From an uncultured Trueperaceae bacterium (GTDB lineage Bacteria > Deinococcota > Deinococci > Deinococcales > Trueperaceae): a stretch of 64,000 nt of DNA. Positions 34,948 to 46,577 of the stretch are shown in pieces. The stretch is from NCBI GenBank assembly GCA_963727505.1, contig CAVSGP010000009.1:160001-224000 (forward strand), read 5' to 3'. Below the pieces are notes generated by a model. That model worked only from the letters and a program-made list of their open reading frames with translations, was not told the origin of the DNA and did no database searches. Both the position numbers and the translations under genes were made by a program. How positions within the stretch are numbered: the first letter of the stretch is position 1; each line of letters opens with the position of its first letter.

Positions 34948-35844
34948 ATGGGCCGGGGCGACGCGGGAGCTCCTCCCGTGAGCAGCCGTCCGGACGCCCC
35001 GGGGGTGCCCCCGGAGGTGGCGTCGGGCCGTGTCGAGCGCCTCGGCATCGTCTCGTACACGAACGTTGCGCCGCTGCACTGGGGGCTCGCTCCCTGGCAG
35101 ACGTCGCAGGGGCGCGCGGAGTTCGTGCGGGGCGTGCCAACGGAGCTCAACGCCGCGTTGATGGACGGCGCCATCGACCTCACCCTGATCTCGTCGATCG
35201 AGTTCGTCCGCAACCGCGACCGCCTCCGGGCCCTTCCCGACTTCTCCATCGCCACCCTGGGGCCGGTGTACAGCGTGATGCTGTTCCACTGGCGCCCCTG
35301 GCAGGACCTGCAAGGCGCGCGCATCGCCGTCACCACCGACTCCGCCACGAGCGTGCAGCTGCTGAGGGTGCTCCTCGAGGCGGACGGCCTGGAGGCCGAG
35401 GTGGTCGGGATCGCGCCCGATCTGGACACCATGCTCGCGGAGTGCGACGCGGCACTCCTCATCGGCGACGCCGCGCTGCGCGAGGCGGTGACGCGCCGCG
35501 AGCTGGGCGGTCGCCGGCCCTTCGTGACCGACCTGGGCGAGGCCTGGTACCAGCACACCCGGCTGCCGTTCACGTTCGCCGTATGGGCCTCGCTGGACGA
35601 CCGGCCGCCCTCGGAGATGCTGGTCGCCCGCTTCCGGGCGGCGCGCGAAGCCGGGCTCGGCCGCTTGTCGGAGGTCGCGGCCGTCGAGGCCGAGCGCCTG
35701 GGGCTGTCGCATGAGGTGGTGCAACGCTATCTCGCCAACTTCCGCTACTACCTCGAATTGCCCGATCGCGACGGCCTGCTGGCGTTCGCGCACGCCAGCG
35801 ACCCCGCCTTCGAGGACGCGCAGTTACGGTTCTGGGAACTCTGA
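34948..35844 (+). CDS. mqnA: Chorismate dehydratase (futalosine pathway)
   Basis: 'VSYTNVAPL', 'PTELN', 'GPVYSV', 'SATS', 'LLIGD', 'DLGEAW', 'LPFTFAVW'. Confidence 0.9.
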   Translation: MGRGDAGAPPVSSRPDAPGVPPEVASGRVERLGIVSYTNVAPLHWGLAPWQTSQGRAEFVRGVPTELNAALMDGAIDLTLISSIEFVRNRDRLRALPDFSIATLGPVYSVMLFHWRPWQDLQGARIAVTTDSATSVQLLRVLLEADGLEAEVVGIAPDLDTMLAECDAALLIGDAALREAVTRRELGGRRPFVTDLGEAWYQHTRLPFTFAVWASLDDRPPSEMLVARFRAAREAGLGRLSEVAAVEAERLGLSHEVVQRYLANFRYYLELPDRDGLLAFAHASDPAFEDAQLRFWEL

Positions 35845-35857
35845 GACGGGCCCGTAC

Positions 35858-38032
<2,175 letters not shown>

Positions 38033-38040
38033 GGGCGTCC

Positions 38041-39444
38041 TCAGTCCTCCAGCCGGATCCAAGCGGTGACCCTGCGCGAGGCCAGCCTGAGGGCCTCGTA
38101 GTCCGAGGCCGTCTGTCGGGTCACGGCGCTCTCCAGCAACCGGTGGACCTCGCGGTCGGCGGAACGCCGCAGGTCCGTGTGCGACGTGCTGGCCTGCATG
38201 CGGCGCAGGCTCAGTGCCAGGTGGCGGGCCACCATCGGATCGCCGGCCGCGTTCACGCGAAGCTCCCCGAACAGGTGCTCCAGTAGCTCGCCTACCTCGG
38301 GGCGTGGCACGACGAGCCGCAGGGCGCCCCCCTCGTCGGTCATGTAGGAATCGGGGAGGCGACGGCGGGCCAACAGGTTGAGGGCTTCGGACATGCGGTC
38401 GATGCAGGTCATGGCCGTGAAGGGGTCGTTCATGCTCGGAGACAGCGCCCGGAGCGCCACCTCGAGGAGCTGATCGAACAGGAAGTAGGGGTCCTGCTGG
38501 GGAGTCCGCACTGCGCCGAGAACGTAGTACGGCTCGATCCTGCCGGTGAGCCCGTCACCTGCGTCGGGCGGGTAGATGTCGGCGAGCGGGCCGTCGAGCA
38601 TGAGGAAGCTGCCCGGCGGGTGGTGCAGCCGCAGCACGGCGTCGTTCTCCCGTGCGAGCTTCACGAGTCCCGTGAGGTCGATGGCCTGTACGTAGCCGGC
38701 GCGCGTGGCCCGAACGGTGATCGCCTCCCGGCCGAAGTCCTCCGGTAGCTCGGGCCGGGTCGAGGGGGGCCCGCCCTCGCTATCGGCTTCGGCCTGACCG
38801 ACACCGGTGCGGTTCCCGCCGGTCTCCTCGTCCTCAGGCTCCTCGTTCTCAGGCTCGTCGTCCTGTGGGAAGGACAGGATCTGCTGCGTCAGGCCGCGGC
38901 CAACACGCGCCAGCACATAACTCACCTGGACGCTCTCGGCTGCGTGATGGATGAAGTAGATCAGCACTCCGAGGCTCAGCAGGGTGAGCACCATGGCCAC
39001 GGCTACGGAGAGATGCGGCACGAAGGACTGGATGCCGAGCTGGGTGTCGGCGCTGCGTACCGTGACGAGCACCATGAGGCAGTACAGGAAGGTGCCGATG
39101 AAGGCGCCCAGGACGAGCTGGTTGCCACGGTCGCGCATGAAGTTGCCCACCAGCCGGGGGCCGAACTGTTGCGAGGCCAGCGACAGGCCCACCAGCGTCA
39201 TGGAGAAGACCACGCCGGTCACCGTGATGAGCGAGCCCGCTACCGTGCTCAAGAGGGAGCGCGCTCCGGCGGGCCCGTTGAGGCCACCGAGCGCCCGGAG
39301 GGCGGGCATTCTCGCGAGAGTGATCGAGTGGTCGACCGCGAGGGTGGCGGCTGCCAGCACCAACGCCCCCAAGGCCATGAGCGCGGGGAGGAACCAGTAG
39401 CCCGAGCGCAGCCGTTCCAGCCAGCCGAGTAGGCGTACGCTCAC
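38041..39444 (-). CDS. DUF2254-family membrane protein
   Basis: 'ASQQFGPRL', four TM helices, 'GYVQAID', 'RT.QQD', 'ALRALSPSMNDP.TA'. Confidence 0.85.
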   Translation of the reverse strand: MSVRLLGWLERLRSGYWFLPALMALGALVLAAATLAVDHSITLARMPALRALGGLNGPAGARSLLSTVAGSLITVTGVVFSMTLVGLSLASQQFGPRLVGNFMRDRGNQLVLGAFIGTFLYCLMVLVTVRSADTQLGIQSFVPHLSVAVAMVLTLLSLGVLIYFIHHAAESVQVSYVLARVGRGLTQQILSFPQDDEPENEEPEDEETGGNRTGVGQAEADSEGGPPSTRPELPEDFGREAITVRATRAGYVQAIDLTGLVKLARENDAVLRLHHPPGSFLMLDGPLADIYPPDAGDGLTGRIEPYYVLGAVRTPQQDPYFLFDQLLEVALRALSPSMNDPFTAMTCIDRMSEALNLLARRRLPDSYMTDEGGALRLVVPRPEVGELLEHLFGELRVNAAGDPMVARHLALSLRRMQASTSHTDLRRSADREVHRLLESAVTRQTASDYEALRLASRRVTAWIRLED

Positions 39445-39536
39445 GCGTCCCTCCCCTCTACGGGCGGCGGTATCCCCTCCATGCTAGCAGGGGTTCTCCG
39501 ACCGGGCGCGTGCGCCGTGCCCGTGGTGGCCGATTG

Positions 39537-40844
39537 TCACAGCACGTAGCGGCTGAGGTCCTCGCTGTCGACGATGCCGTCGAGTTTGCGACGCACGTAG
39601 CCCTCGTCGATGGTGACGGTGCCGAGTTCGGTCCCGAAGGACACGTCCTCGAGCACCGTCTCCAGGATGGTGTGGAGGCGGCGTGCACCGATGTCCTCGA
39701 GGTCGCGGTTGACGCGCTCGGCGTATTCGGCGATCGCGACGATGCCCGACTCGTCGAACCGGATGTGGGTGCCGTCGACGGCCAGTAGCTCCGTGTACTG
39801 CTTGGTGAGGGCGTGGCGCGGTTGGGTGAGGATGCGCTGGAAGTCGCCGGCGCCGAGCTCCTCGAGCTCCACGCGGATGGGGAAGCGCCCCTGCAATTCC
39901 GGGATCAGGTCGCTGGGCTTGGAGACGTTGAAGGCGCCTGCGGCGATGAAGAGCATGTGGTCGGTCTTGACGGGTCCCTGCCGGGTGTTGACCTGGGTTC
40001 CCTCCACCACCGGCAGCAGGTCACGCTGGACGCCCTCGCCGCTGACGTCGCCGCCGCTGGTGCCCTCGGAGCCGGCGATCTTGTCGATCTCGTCGATGAA
40101 GACGATGCCCATGTTCTCGGCGCGGTAGATCGCCTCGCGTCCCACGGCGTCGTGATCGATGAGCCGATCCGCTTCCTCTTCCTCCAGGATGCGGTGGGCG
40201 TCACGCACCTGAACGGAGCGCTTGACGCTGCGCTGAGGCATGAGATTCGACAGCATGTCCTGCAGGTTGAGCCCCATCTCCTCCATACCCGGCATCATCA
40301 CGCCGGCCGACTTCTCGTCCTTCACCTCGATCTCGACGGTGCGCTCATCGAGGTCGCCGGCGTCGAGCAGCGCGCGCATGCGCTCCCTGCCCTCCGTCGT
40401 GCCGCCGGGAAGAAGCGCGTCCAGGAGGCGTTCCTTGGCCGCGGCCCGGGCCCTGCCGCGCACTTCCTCCTTCTTCTCGGCCTCCACCATGGCGGTGGCG
40501 GAGCGCACCAGGTCGCGCACGATGCCCTCGACGTCGCGGCCCACGTAACCCACCTCGGTGAACTTGGTGGCCTCGACCTTCAGGAACGGAGCCTTCGCCA
40601 GGCGGGCCAGGCGCCGCGCGATCTCGGTCTTGCCGACACCCGTCGGGCCGATCATGAGGATGTTCTTGGGGGTGATCTCGGCCTGCAACTCCTCCGGCAG
40701 GCGCCGCCGCCGGTAATGGTTACGTAGCGCCACGGCGACGGAGCGCTTGGCCTTGCTCTGGCCGATGATGTGGCGGTCGAGCTCCTCGACGATCTGCAGC
40801 GGCGTGAGCTCGGCCGCGTACGCCAGCAGGGTATCGGCGCTCAT
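39537..40844 (-). CDS. hslU: ATP-dependent protease ATPase subunit
   Basis: '[13 protein letters not shown]', '[12 protein letters not shown]', 'FIDEIDK', 'GVQRDLLP', '[11 protein letters not shown]'. Confidence 0.97.
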   Translation of the reverse strand: MSADTLLAYAAELTPLQIVEELDRHIIGQSKAKRSVAVALRNHYRRRRLPEELQAEITPKNILMIGPTGVGKTEIARRLARLAKAPFLKVEATKFTEVGYVGRDVEGIVRDLVRSATAMVEAEKKEEVRGRARAAAKERLLDALLPGGTTEGRERMRALLDAGDLDERTVEIEVKDEKSAGVMMPGMEEMGLNLQDMLSNLMPQRSVKRSVQVRDAHRILEEEEADRLIDHDAVGREAIYRAENMGIVFIDEIDKIAGSEGTSGGDVSGEGVQRDLLPVVEGTQVNTRQGPVKTDHMLFIAAGAFNVSKPSDLIPELQGRFPIRVELEELGAGDFQRILTQPRHALTKQYTELLAVDGTHIRFDESGIVAIAEYAERVNRDLEDIGARRLHTILETVLEDVSFGTELGTVTIDEGYVRRKLDGIVDSEDLSRYVL

Positions 40845-41434
40845 GCCTGGGCCGCCTCGTTGGCGGCGTCGTCGTCGGACGGCTCGTCGTCCTCTTGGCC
40901 GCCGGTGACCAGCACCGTGGCGTTCCCCGAAGTGTAGATGTCGATCTCCGCGGCGATGGCCAGCGCCTTGCGCGCGATCTGTTCGGCGCCGAGATCGGTC
41001 TCGCGCAGGAGCGCCGTTGCCGCAGCCTGCGCGTAGGGGCCGCCGGAGCCCACCGCAGCGATCGGCTCGTCCGGTGCGATGACGTCGCCGACACCCGAGA
41101 GGGTGAGGATCTGTTCGTCGTCGGCCACGATCAACATCGCCTCCAGGTTGCGCAGGGCGCGATCGGTGCGCCACTCCTTGACGGTGTCGACGGCGGCTTT
41201 CAGGAGGTTGCCCTTGGCCGAGGTGAGGTAGCCCTCGAACTTGTCGAGCAGGGTGAAGGCGTCGCTGACGGCCCCGGCGAAGCCGGTGACCACGCGGCCG
41301 TCCGCGAGGGCGCGCACCTTGACGGCGCCGCGCTTCACGACGGTCTCGCCGAGGGTGACCTGGCCGTCCCCCGCGATGGCGGTGATGCCGTCCTTGTGGA
41401 CGGCCACGATGGTAGTACCGTGCATGCGCTTCAT
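40841..41434 (-). CDS. hslV: ATP-dependent protease peptidase subunit
   Basis: 'TTIVAV', 'GDGQVT', 'GFAG', 'WRTDR.LR.LEA', 'GSGG'. Confidence 0.96.
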   Translation of the reverse strand: MKRMHGTTIVAVHKDGITAIAGDGQVTLGETVVKRGAVKVRALADGRVVTGFAGAVSDAFTLLDKFEGYLTSAKGNLLKAAVDTVKEWRTDRALRNLEAMLIVADDEQILTLSGVGDVIAPDEPIAAVGSGGPYAQAAATALLRETDLGAEQIARKALAIAAEIDIYTSGNATVLVTGGQEDDEPSDDDAANEAAQA

Positions 41435-41535
41435 ACGCCCCGCAGCGTATCAGAGCGCCGGAGGCGGCCGGGTATCCGTCGCGCGGCGCGTGGTGGCCAC
41501 CGACGCGGGGGGCGCGCGGGGGGTAGCATGGCGCC

Positions 41536-41925
41536 ATGCGAGCGCACGAGTTCGGAGGGGGTTGGCTGGAGCTGACCGTCGGTCCGATGTTCGGCGGCAA
41601 GTCCGAGGAGTTGATCCGTCGGGTCAACCGGGCGCTCATCGCGCGGCAGTGCGTGCAGGTGTTCAAGCCCGCCATCGACGAGGGGCGGTTCCTCGATTCA
41701 GCTCTCGTGGCCCTGGCGCTCGAGCTCGCCGACGCGGGGACGCGGGTACTGATCGCGGGTCTCGACCTGGACTTCCGTGGTGAGCCGTTCGGCCCCATCC
41801 CGGCCCACGTCGACGACCCTTTCGTGCTGGTGGGGGCCGCCGAGCGTTACGAGCCGCGTTGCCGGGCGTGCCACACGGTGGCGCGCTCGGCCCGGCTCAT
41901 GCCACTGTTCGACCTAGCACGTTAG
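41536..41925 (+). pseudogene. tdk: Diverged thymidine kinase copy with two in-frame internal deletions (41 and 33 codons)
   Basis: Collinear with the intact tdk at 56074: 203-41-33 = 129 aa exactly; lacks the first Zn-binding Cys pair. Confidence 0.85.
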
Positions 41926-41934
41926 GTCCTCGGG

Positions 41935-44379
41935 GTGTCGACGGTGATCGAAGTGACGCTCCTGGGGGGTCCACACATTCGCGTGGACGGCCTCGAGGTG
42001 ACGCTGGGCTCGCGCAAGGCGGTCGCGCTGCTGGCCTACCTGGCTCTGAATCCCGAGGGGGCGACGCGCGAGCAGCTCGCCGAGTTGCTGTGGACGCCAG
42101 GAAAGCTGGGCAGCGTGCGCCAGGCGCTTTACGAACTGCGCAAGCTGCCGGATGCGGATGCGTGGCTCGAGGAGCGTGAGGGGCGCGTGCGCGTGCGCGC
42201 GTCCACGGATGTGGAGGCCTTCGAGGACGCCGTCGCAACGGGCGAGCACGGCGAGGCGCTGGAGTGCTGGGGTGGTCCGCTGCTCGCCGGTATCGACAAG
42301 CCCGGTGCCGGGCCGTTCCGTGAATGGCTGGCCGTGGAGCAGGCGCGCCTGGATATGGCCCGGCTCGAGGTCATGCAGCTTCGTGCCGCCGAGCTCGAGC
42401 GCGAGGGGCTAACAGCGGACGCCCTTGCCATGGTGGACGCCCTCCTTGCCGCCGATCCGCTCAACGAGACGGCCTACCGCAGCGCCATGTGGTTGCACTA
42501 CCAACTGGGACACCCCGCCGAGGCGGTGGCTGCCTTCGAGCGCTGCCGGGGGGTGCTTCGGCGCGAGCTCGACGCGGCGCCGCTGCCCGTCACCATTGAG
42601 CTGGCCGACGCCATCGGCCGCGGCTTGCCGCTCCCGGTCCACGCTGCCGTGCAGGCGCTGCCCGACCGGCTCCAACGCCTCCTCCAGGCGGTGGCGGTGG
42701 GGCGCGGGGAGCTTGGAGCGGCGGCGCTGGCGCACACCCTCGAGCGCGACCCCTACGAGGTTGCCGCCGGCCTGGTAGAGCTCGAGCGCCGGCGCCTGCT
42801 CAATGCCCACCACGGCGTGGCGCGCCACATCCTGTATGACACGGCGACCACCACGCCAGCCCCCGTGGCGCGCCTGATGCACGAGCGCATCGCACAGTGG
42901 CTCGAGGCCGACGGGGCCGGACCCGGTGCCGTGGCGCGCCACTGGCTCGGTGCCCACCGCCCGGACCGCGCCGCGCCGCTGTTGCTGGAGGCCGCGGAGG
43001 CCGCCGCCGCCGAGGGGGATCCGGGCGCTACGCTGCGGCGCTGCTACCGTGCCTTGTGGGCCGCCGAGGGCGAGCCGCGGGTGAGCCTGCGCGCCCTGTT
43101 CCTACTGGAGGGGGCCGCGGCGCAACGCCAGGAGCTCGAGACGCAAGAGGCCGCCCTCGGCGCGGCCGAGCGCATCGCCCGGAAGGGGCAGGACGACCGC
43201 GACCTGATCGAGGTGCGGTTGCGCCGGTCTCGGCAGCGACTGGCGCAGGGGCGTGTCGAGGACGGCCTGGAGCTGGCCCGGCGCGCCCTGGACGCCGCGG
43301 AACGCGTGTCCGACGCGCGCCTGATCAGTCGCGCCCGCAACGGCTTGGGCGGCGCACTGTTCTACGCAGGCCGGATGGAAGAGGCCGAGGACGCCTTCGC
43401 GTCCAACCTCGATGCCGACAACGCCACGGAGCAATTTCGCGCCCGCAACAACCTCGGCGCCATCGCGGGCATGCGCGGGGACTTCGCGCGCTCCTACCAG
43501 CACTTCGAGGTGGCGCTCACGCTGGCGCGCAGCGAGGGGCGTCGCGACGACGTCGGCGCCTGCCTCAACAATCTGGCGGCGACCGCCGAGCGCATGGCGC
43601 TCTACCGCCGCGCCGCGCAGCACCTGGAGGAGGCACGCCAGCTCGCTCGAGATCGCGGCAACCAGGCCTACGAGGCGCGGCTGCTGGCGAATCTCGCCGC
43701 GGTGTACGTCAAACAGGGGGCGCTGGGGCCGGCCTGGAACACGGCGGCGGAGGTGGAGGAGATGGCGACGGAACGCGGGGACGACCGCATGCGGGCTCAG
43801 GCGCTCGAGCTGCGCGCCGAAGTCGCCCGGCACTGCTTCGCCGACGAACGCGCCGAGGCGCTGTTCCTCGAGGCCGAGGGCATCGTGCGGGGCCTTGGGG
43901 ACGAGCGCAAGGCGCGACAGTTGGCGGGGCAGCTGGCCGTCATGAGGGAGGCGGCCGCGGCGCCCATGGAGCGCGCCGAGGACGTGCTGACGGCCATGGA
44001 GGATGCCGGCCAGCAGGACCTCGCCGCCTGGTTGTGGCTGGAGTGCTCCCTTCGGGCTCCCGATGCCGCCGACGCCGCGCGCTACGCGGAGCGTGGCGCC
44101 GCGGCTCCGGGCAACCCGCACCGGGCGAGCCTGGCCCGGGGGGCCCGCGCCTGGGCCCAGTGGCGCGCCGGTGCGGCCGGCGCCGCGGCGGAGCTGGCGC
44201 GCGCCGCCGACGCTCTCGAGTCGCTCGGGGCCGTCGAGGCGACGCTGATGTGGCGGCTGGCGGCGCGGGCGGCGTCCAGCACCGAGGACGCGGACGCCGC
44301 CCGCGAGCGCGAAGCCGCGCTCACCGCGGCCCAGGCGCCGGGGTTGCCCGCGCTCCTGCGCCGATCGCTGGCCGCTTGA
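41935..44379 (+). CDS. SARP/AfsR-like transcriptional activator: wHTH + BTAD + TPR repeats
   Basis: 'TLLGGP', 'RKAVALLAYLAL', 'REQLAELLW', 'F.EWL..E', 'DPLNETAYR..M', 'L.RELD..P', multiple TPRs ('NNLG','NNLA','NLA'). Confidence 0.85.
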   Translation: MSTVIEVTLLGGPHIRVDGLEVTLGSRKAVALLAYLALNPEGATREQLAELLWTPGKLGSVRQALYELRKLPDADAWLEEREGRVRVRASTDVEAFEDAVATGEHGEALECWGGPLLAGIDKPGAGPFREWLAVEQARLDMARLEVMQLRAAELEREGLTADALAMVDALLAADPLNETAYRSAMWLHYQLGHPAEAVAAFERCRGVLRRELDAAPLPVTIELADAIGRGLPLPVHAAVQALPDRLQRLLQAVAVGRGELGAAALAHTLERDPYEVAAGLVELERRRLLNAHHGVARHILYDTATTTPAPVARLMHERIAQWLEADGAGPGAVARHWLGAHRPDRAAPLLLEAAEAAAAEGDPGATLRRCYRALWAAEGEPRVSLRALFLLEGAAAQRQELETQEAALGAAERIARKGQDDRDLIEVRLRRSRQRLAQGRVEDGLELARRALDAAERVSDARLISRARNGLGGALFYAGRMEEAEDAFASNLDADNATEQFRARNNLGAIAGMRGDFARSYQHFEVALTLARSEGRRDDVGACLNNLAATAERMALYRRAAQHLEEARQLARDRGNQAYEARLLANLAAVYVKQGALGPAWNTAAEVEEMATERGDDRMRAQALELRAEVARHCFADERAEALFLEAEGIVRGLGDERKARQLAGQLAVMREAAAAPMERAEDVLTAMEDAGQQDLAAWLWLECSLRAPDAADAARYAERGAAAPGNPHRASLARGARAWAQWRAGAAGAAAELARAADALESLGAVEATLMWRLAARAASSTEDADAAREREAALTAAQAPGLPALLRRSLAA

Positions 44380-44407
44380 CGGGCGCTTGACGGCGCCCGA
44401 CTACGCT
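44376..44407 (+). promoter_or_regulatory. SARP-type direct-repeat promoter 1
   Basis: TTGACGG-GCGC-TTGACGG-N8-TACGCT; overlaps the regulator stop codon. Confidence 0.7.
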
Positions 44408-44429
44408 CCTAACACACCACCCCACCGCA

Positions 44430-44530
44430 CCGGCGCCGCCCGCGCCAGCCTTAGGCACCTGAGGACGAGCGAGCAACGCCACTTCGCCGATCTCGAAGGG
44501 TTGCTCGACTTCCTCCATCGCGGGGCGTCC
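44430..44530 (+). pseudogene. Relic of a small protein ('RASLRHLRTSEQRHFADLEGLLDFL') without a plausible start codon
   Basis: Protein-like motif directly downstream of promoter 1; no in-frame ATG after the -10. Confidence 0.4.
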
Positions 44531-44640
44531 CGGCGACCGCCGGCGCCTGGCCCCCCGACGCGCCCTCCCTCACGATCGATGTCGAAACCTGCGAGTCACG
44601 GGATGCCGGCGTGGCCCCCGTCCGACGCCGCGCAGCCCCA

Positions 44641-44672
44641 TTGACGGGCGCTTGACGGGCCTGCCCTAGGCT
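44641..44672 (+). promoter_or_regulatory. SARP-type direct-repeat promoter 2 (drives the 44744-54363 operon)
   Basis: TTGACGG-GCGC-TTGACGG-N8-TAGGCT. Confidence 0.75.
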
Positions 44673-44743
44673 CGCACGCAAGCACGAACGTTGCGCCAAC
44701 CTCGGCGAGCCCCGGCCGCCGAGGCTCCTGGGAGGGAGATCCG

Positions 44744-45877
44744 ATGCCCAAGCTCTACCTCGGTGAAGCCCTAGGTCTGATCGGCAAGACGCTGCCGTTC
44801 CTGTGGATCAGGCTCGGCAGTTACCTGGTCCTGGGCGTGGCCCTGGGCGTCTACTTCGGCGTGCTGGGCGGGGTCGCCTGGTTGCTCGGTCGCCTCTGGG
44901 CGCCGCTCGGCTTCCTGGTGTTCCTCATCGCCTTCGTCGGCGCCATCGGCGTGGTGCGTTGGGCCAGCCGCTACTACTTCTACCTCCTCAAGGCCGCCCA
45001 CACCGCCGTCATGACGGAGTTCATCACCCAGGGGCGGGGGCCGCAGGGCTCGCAGGTGGCCTACGGCAAGGAGCAGGTCATGACCCGCTTCCGCGACACC
45101 AGCATCCTGTTCGCCGTCGATGTGCTGGTGGACGGCATCGTCAAGGCCATCGTCCGCACCTTCACGCGCATCGCGGGGATCCTGCCGATCCCCGGCATCC
45201 AGGGGATCGGCCGCCTCATCGAGCGCGTGGCCGTGATGTCCACCACCTTCATCGACGAGGCGGTGCTGTCGCGCGCCTACAAGGAGCGCGAGCAGAACGT
45301 CTGGAAGGTCGCCCAGGACGGCGTGGTGCTCTACGCCCAGGCGTGGAAGCCGATCCTCGCCAACGCCGTGGTGCTGGCCCTGATCGGGTACGTCGAGTTC
45401 GTGCTGTTCCTGATCGTGCTGGGACTCCCGGCGGTCGCCATCGGTGCGGCCCTGCCCGGCCTGCGCCTGGCGCTGGGCATCGGCGTCATCATCGGTGCCT
45501 GGATGCTCAAGCTCGCGCTGGCCGACGCCTTCTCCCTCGCCGCCACGCTCATCGCCTACCACCGGGCCACCGAGGGGCTCGCGGTGGACGAGGAGTGGAA
45601 GGCGAAGATCGCCGGCGTCAGCAACAAGTTCCAGGAGCTCGGGCGCAAGGCGGCGGAGGCGGTCCGTGCTTCTCCCGGCGGCGCCGAGTCACAGCGCCCC
45701 GCCCCCCCGACGGGCGCGGCGACGGCCGCCGCCGGCGCGGATCCTGCGGCCCGCGGGTCCGCGAGCCCCGGCGGTGGCGCCACGGCGCTCCCCGCCGACG
45801 ACGAGCCCCGGGCGCCCTCGCCATCGCCCGCGACCGGTCCGACCGGCGCGGACCAGGGCGAAGACCGGGAGCGTTGA
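44744..45877 (+). CDS. Hypothetical multi-pass membrane protein
   Basis: RBS GGAGGGAG; about four TM helices; Ala/Pro-rich tail. Confidence 0.85.
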   Translation: MPKLYLGEALGLIGKTLPFLWIRLGSYLVLGVALGVYFGVLGGVAWLLGRLWAPLGFLVFLIAFVGAIGVVRWASRYYFYLLKAAHTAVMTEFITQGRGPQGSQVAYGKEQVMTRFRDTSILFAVDVLVDGIVKAIVRTFTRIAGILPIPGIQGIGRLIERVAVMSTTFIDEAVLSRAYKEREQNVWKVAQDGVVLYAQAWKPILANAVVLALIGYVEFVLFLIVLGLPAVAIGAALPGLRLALGIGVIIGAWMLKLALADAFSLAATLIAYHRATEGLAVDEEWKAKIAGVSNKFQELGRKAAEAVRASPGGAESQRPAPPTGAATAAAGADPAARGSASPGGGATALPADDEPRAPSPSPATGPTGADQGEDRER

Positions 45878-45880
45878 GCC

Positions 45881-46501
45881 ATGGGCAAGAAGCTCGCCAT
45901 CGGATGCCTCAGCGTCTTCGTGGTGCTGTTCCTGGCCGGCGGCATCTTCGCCTACGTGCGTTTCGTGCGCCCCGCCCAACAGGCCTTCGCCGCCGCCAAG
46001 CAGGTGGCCGCCTTCCAGTCGCTGGACCGCGACGTGCGCGAGCGCGGGGACTACCAACCCCCCGCGGACGGCGTGCTACAGGCCGACCAGGTGGAGCGCT
46101 TCGTGGCCGTCCAGTCCGCCATCTCTGGTGACCTCCAGGGACGCGTGGACGAGCTCGATCGTCGCTACAAGGCCCTCCACGACAGCGGTCGAGAGCCCGG
46201 CTTCCGGGAGCTGGCGCGCGCCTGGTCCGACGTCGCGGGCCTGCTGGTGGAGGCCAAGCGCAGCCAGGTGAGTGCCCTCAACCGCAATAGCTTCTCCCTC
46301 GCGGAGTACGCCTGGGTGCGCGGGCAAGTCCTACGGGCCGCCGGTTACGCGGTGTATCGTGTGGACCCATCGCAGCTCGCCTCGGGGCGGGGGAACGTCC
46401 CCGTCGAGGAGGCACCCGTGCCGGCCGCCAACGTGGAGCTGGTGGCCCCCCACGCCGAGGCGCTCGACGCCGCCTTCGCCCTCTCGGTCTTCGGCCTGTG
46501 A
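45881..46501 (+). CDS. Hypothetical membrane-anchored helical protein
   Basis: MGKK + single TM helix ('IGCL'); starts 3 nt after the upstream stop. Confidence 0.8.
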   Translation: MGKKLAIGCLSVFVVLFLAGGIFAYVRFVRPAQQAFAAAKQVAAFQSLDRDVRERGDYQPPADGVLQADQVERFVAVQSAISGDLQGRVDELDRRYKALHDSGREPGFRELARAWSDVAGLLVEAKRSQVSALNRNSFSLAEYAWVRGQVLRAAGYAVYRVDPSQLASGRGNVPVEEAPVPAANVELVAPHAEALDAAFALSVFGL

Positions 46502-46577
46502 CGTCCCTGGCGCCCCCGGCGCCCGCCCCCCGTTCCGGCGCCGCCGAGCGCCCGCCATCCGTTGGAGGGAGACCCCG

